This document shows positions 60,709 through 64,000 of a stretch of 64,000 nt of DNA, piece after piece. The translations under genes were made by a program, and so were the position numbers. How positions within the stretch are numbered: the first letter of the stretch is position 1; each line of letters opens with the position of its first letter. Location of the stretch: contig MU006108.1 in assembly GCA_010093705.1 (NCBI GenBank), forward strand, positions 1-64,000. Direction: 5' to 3'. Below the pieces are notes generated by a model. It was not told the DNA's origin and made no database searches. It worked only from the letters and a program-made list of their open reading frames with translations. The stretch comes from Patellaria atrata CBS 101060. Its lineage: Eukaryota.

Positions 60709-61907
60709 CTAGTCTTTCGGCATCCACGGTAGACCGAGCTTATGCATTTCCACCGCAAGTTGGAAGATGTAATCTAAGCTAGTGATTGTCAACTCAAGAT
60801 ATGAAACATCACGAAGATGGATAAGCCATACCTTTCACATTGGGTCTTAGCCTTGTGGACATTGTCCCCCCAGACGTAACTGGCTCGTCAGCAATCCGTG
60901 TGCGTGGAGGGGGGGAGAACAGCTCCAGGGGGGTGCGAGAAAACTTACACTCCGTGTCTACGAACCAGCACCGCGTACGTGTCCGGATAGTCGTTCATCG
61001 CTTGCTGCAGACTATCCGTCAAGTCCTCCTCGCTGTGCACGTTTCCCACTCGTCAGCCCTCGAACTTACTTCGCAATCCTTTCTCTCCCGTTTTCCCAGC
61101 GTTCGAACTGGAGGAGGGACGACTTTGTTATCCCCAAGGGGGGAGGGGGAAAGGAATGGGTCAGGATGGGGGAAAACTCACTGCGCCGTATTCTCGATAA
61201 TGGGGATCCTCAGGCGCTCAAAGTATCCCAGATAGGCGACCTTACCGTTTGCGTCGCGAGCGTAGTTTTTGGGGATGCCCTTGATCTGTTCGATGCGCTC
61301 GATCTCGAAGGGGGCGGAGGGGCCGAAGTCCCGCTCGACGAGGAGAGTGATCAAGACGGCCCACTGCGAGTGCGTGTGGATGCAACAGTGGGCGTCGCGC
61401 AGGGTGAAAGAGGACATGAAGAGGGGGGTGCAGGCGGAGGGTTTGTGGCTCTGTTTCCCCCGTCATTCAGGAGGAAGCAGTCTTTGGATTACTTTACTCT
61501 GTTCGTTGGGGGTGGAGCTTTGGGGAAAGGGTTTTAGAACTCGCACCTTTGGCTTTCGGAGGTACTCTTTGCTCTCAAAGTCCATCACGAACATGTCGGT
61601 GGGCTCCATAAGCTCCTTCTGGACGCCAGACGGGGCGATATAGATGTGAGGACCATGACGGATGGAGGTGCCGCCGCCAGTGCCGGTGACCTGTTCGAAT
61701 CGACGAGAGAATCGCTGTCAGCTGGATAGGGTTTCTTGAAATGGTGGGTTATTCGGGGAATGGAGACTTGGGAATTGGGGAGGTTACCCAGCCTAGAGTA
61801 TAGAATTTCCGGCACAGCGTACAGATTAAGTTTGCGGGATGTTGGGGGTCTTCTGAACGGACGAGGTGTTCACTATCAAGATTATGATCGGAGCCGTTGA
61901 TGGTCAT
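60709..61907 (-). CDS. MDE1: Methylthioribulose-1-phosphate dehydratase (methionine salvage; multi-exon)
   Basis: [67 protein letters not shown]...[17 protein letters not shown]. Confidence 0.95.
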
Positions 61908-62493
61908 GTTTATAGAGCGTAGGGAATATTTCCTTCCTTTTTCTTTCTTCACGGATGGAAATATTTGTTTAGTTGATAAGAACTCTTGTGTGAATATGAA
62001 TAAGCTCTCAACAACGCTCACATACGAAGTGGCACCAATGAAGTCGATACTCCTATATCTCTATGGAGCCTCGATGAATGCCTGAATCTCTTACTCTCGT
62101 ATATCTGAAATACTTTTTCCCCTTTAGAGCCGAAATTTATATACGTATGTATTCAGAGAGCTCTCAATTCAGCCCCTCATTGCCTCATAGCTTTGCCCCT
62201 CCATCTCATCATCTGCCCCTCCATGCCCTCGTCCTCCGTTTATCATCCGAACGGTATAGATAGATGGGAAGGATACGTTCAGTCCATAACGTTTAATGTA
62301 TTTCAAAGAAAGCCGTCAACAATTCATCTATGAGTTATCTCTGAATCTGATGGGGCAGGTGTAGTGACAGAAAAACAGCAAAGCAATCTATTTCAGTTTT
62401 GTCAAAGCTATAGAACGAAGTGGTATCATCATAAGAGATTGAAAAGAACATTCGAACATCTCGGCCCATTTTTCCTTCACATATACTGCAAAT

Positions 62494-63145
62494 TTAATGA
62501 GCAGACGGCTCAGGCGTCTTATCCTTCTTGCCCAAACCTAAGGCATTTTTGGCCTTGTCAACGAAATTTTCCTTGCGGGGATGCTCGGCGTGTTTATGGG
62601 GCACATGTTCGCCTCTGATTTCGTTCCCTTTTCCGCCACGCTACGAGAAAGATAGCGGTCAGTAGGGACATAATTGAGTTAGGATTATTGGAAAGACATA
62701 CCCCGGCGTGGAAGTTTTCGTGTCCATCCGAACGCAACGCGGTCTCGGGAATCACGTCCTCAGAATGGCGCTGCGCACCGAGCTGGGGAGTTCCTTTCGG
62801 GGTGCCGATATTTCCAGCTCCACCGCGCTGCCTGACGTTAGCCTCCAGGTAAGAGGTAGCAGTGTAGTTGACGTACGCCCGTCGAGTACTCCTTGTTGTC
62901 GTTAGTCTCTCCGACGACTCCTTCGCGGACAATGGCACCATCTGCGTAGCTAGAAGCGTAGTTAGCTTTGTGTCCATTTCAGGAGATTTATTGAGAATGG
63001 GATAACCTACACATTGGGATCGGTACCAATGTTGCCGCGGCCTGGATAAAGAAGAGTTAGTCTTTCTATTTCTAAAACAGTAGGTTCGATGGCTTTTACC
63101 TCCGCGACCAGTAGAATGGATCCCATCTGATACGTGCTCGGCCAT
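62494..63145 (-). CDS. DUF3602-family small protein with GRGGxGN repeats (multi-exon)
   Basis: HSTGRG|GRGNIG, YSTG|RGGAGNIG, FHAG|RGGKGN repeats after splicing; C-terminal FVDKAKNALGLGKK. Confidence 0.8.
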
Positions 63146-64000
63146 TTTGGATGTAGTTTTGATATGTTCAGAGATGAGCCAAAGTATTTCTCGGTTTCAA
63201 GGTTGACGAGAATTGTAGTGAGTCAAGGGGAGAGCTTTAAACAATTCGCTCAAGAGTCCAGACGAACTGGGTTTTTATATATGACGCAATGTCAACGTGG
63301 GATAGAAAAGCGTTCACCTGGCGTTATTGCACAAGTATGATTAGAACTAGCTGCTTGCCCCATTATTACTTCAGGTTAGCATTCACACCTAACCGCCACG
63401 GCCAAGAAACAAACTCGAGGAAGAAGAGGCATCTTGCTGTATATCTCCGTACTGGCGGGGCCTTGGGTTGACTGATGGTGTTGACGCATCCACGAGGAAA
63501 ATCAGATCTTTCACCTCTTCCAACCATGTGCCCTCCTGTTCCTTCTGCCTACATTACCGTCCCCTGCGCTACCGTGTTGCTGGTGCTGGTCCGGCAAAGA
63601 GCATAACTTCACCACATTTAAGCCCTACATGACGCAGAATCCGGTGATCAGTCCGGTAAGGTTACGGAATGGCTGATGGCTTTGGGGGAATACGAGAGAG
63701 TTTCAAGCACGTCAATTCAACCCGCCGGCCCTTTTTGTTCGTCAAAATTTGTCGAATGCGTGAGGTGATGCGTTTCCGCTGAGCTTTTGCTTTTTACCTA
63801 CAAATACCTTCATCAGAGAGATGGCCTGATAAGCTTCCGCCTTCTGATTCGTCAGGCAGTCCAAGATCACTCGTTCTCGCTGAGTTTGCTGACAGTTCCA
63901 TATTAGGTTTTGATAGGGGTGACAAACCGGGTGGAATACGACTATACAGAACTACAAGTACAGGAGTCTGCAGTCTGGGGCCTAGAGTCCGGAGAAGGTA

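Noticed and set aside
60709..61907. Functional clustering of MDE1 with the N2227 methyltransferase through SAM metabolism
   Set aside because: 56 kb apart with many unrelated housekeeping genes between them
1..64000. tRNA or rRNA genes
   Set aside because: No convincing cloverleaf, A/B-box pair or rRNA sequence seen; tRNAscan-SE or Infernal would be needed to exclude them

Overview
Intron-containing eukaryotic DNA from a filamentous ascomycete (Pezizomycotina-like splice signals and gene set), so the ORF track shows exon fragments. From about 24 kb onward the window is mostly housekeeping genes: a SnoaL/NTF2-like protein, CAP2, two GPI-anchored Cys-rich proteins, MPH1, BRR2, a UBE2W-type E2, YPT35, SAS4, a mitochondrial PPR-like protein, VPS33, a PWWP protein, MDE1 and a DUF3602 protein. 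One broken ankyrin-ClpB-type ATPase gene sits between MPH1 and BRR2. The left 24 kb is accessory and repeat-rich. It holds (i) a head-to-head pair of a YciC/ZagA-type COG0523 (CobW) metallochaperone and a signal-peptide-bearing N2227/CARNMT1-like methyltransferase, sharing a 266-bp promoter with three phased ZRE-like 11-mers. It also holds (ii) a ~3136-aa DUF6606/DUF3638/DUF3645-type protein whose C-terminal third has a SecA-like set of SF2 ATPase motifs, (iii) a pseudogenised NB-ARC-TPR NLR, and (iv) a RIP-mutated Tad1-like LINE cut by two inverted ~172-bp LTR-like repeats. All family calls come from motif recognition by eye; no searches were run.
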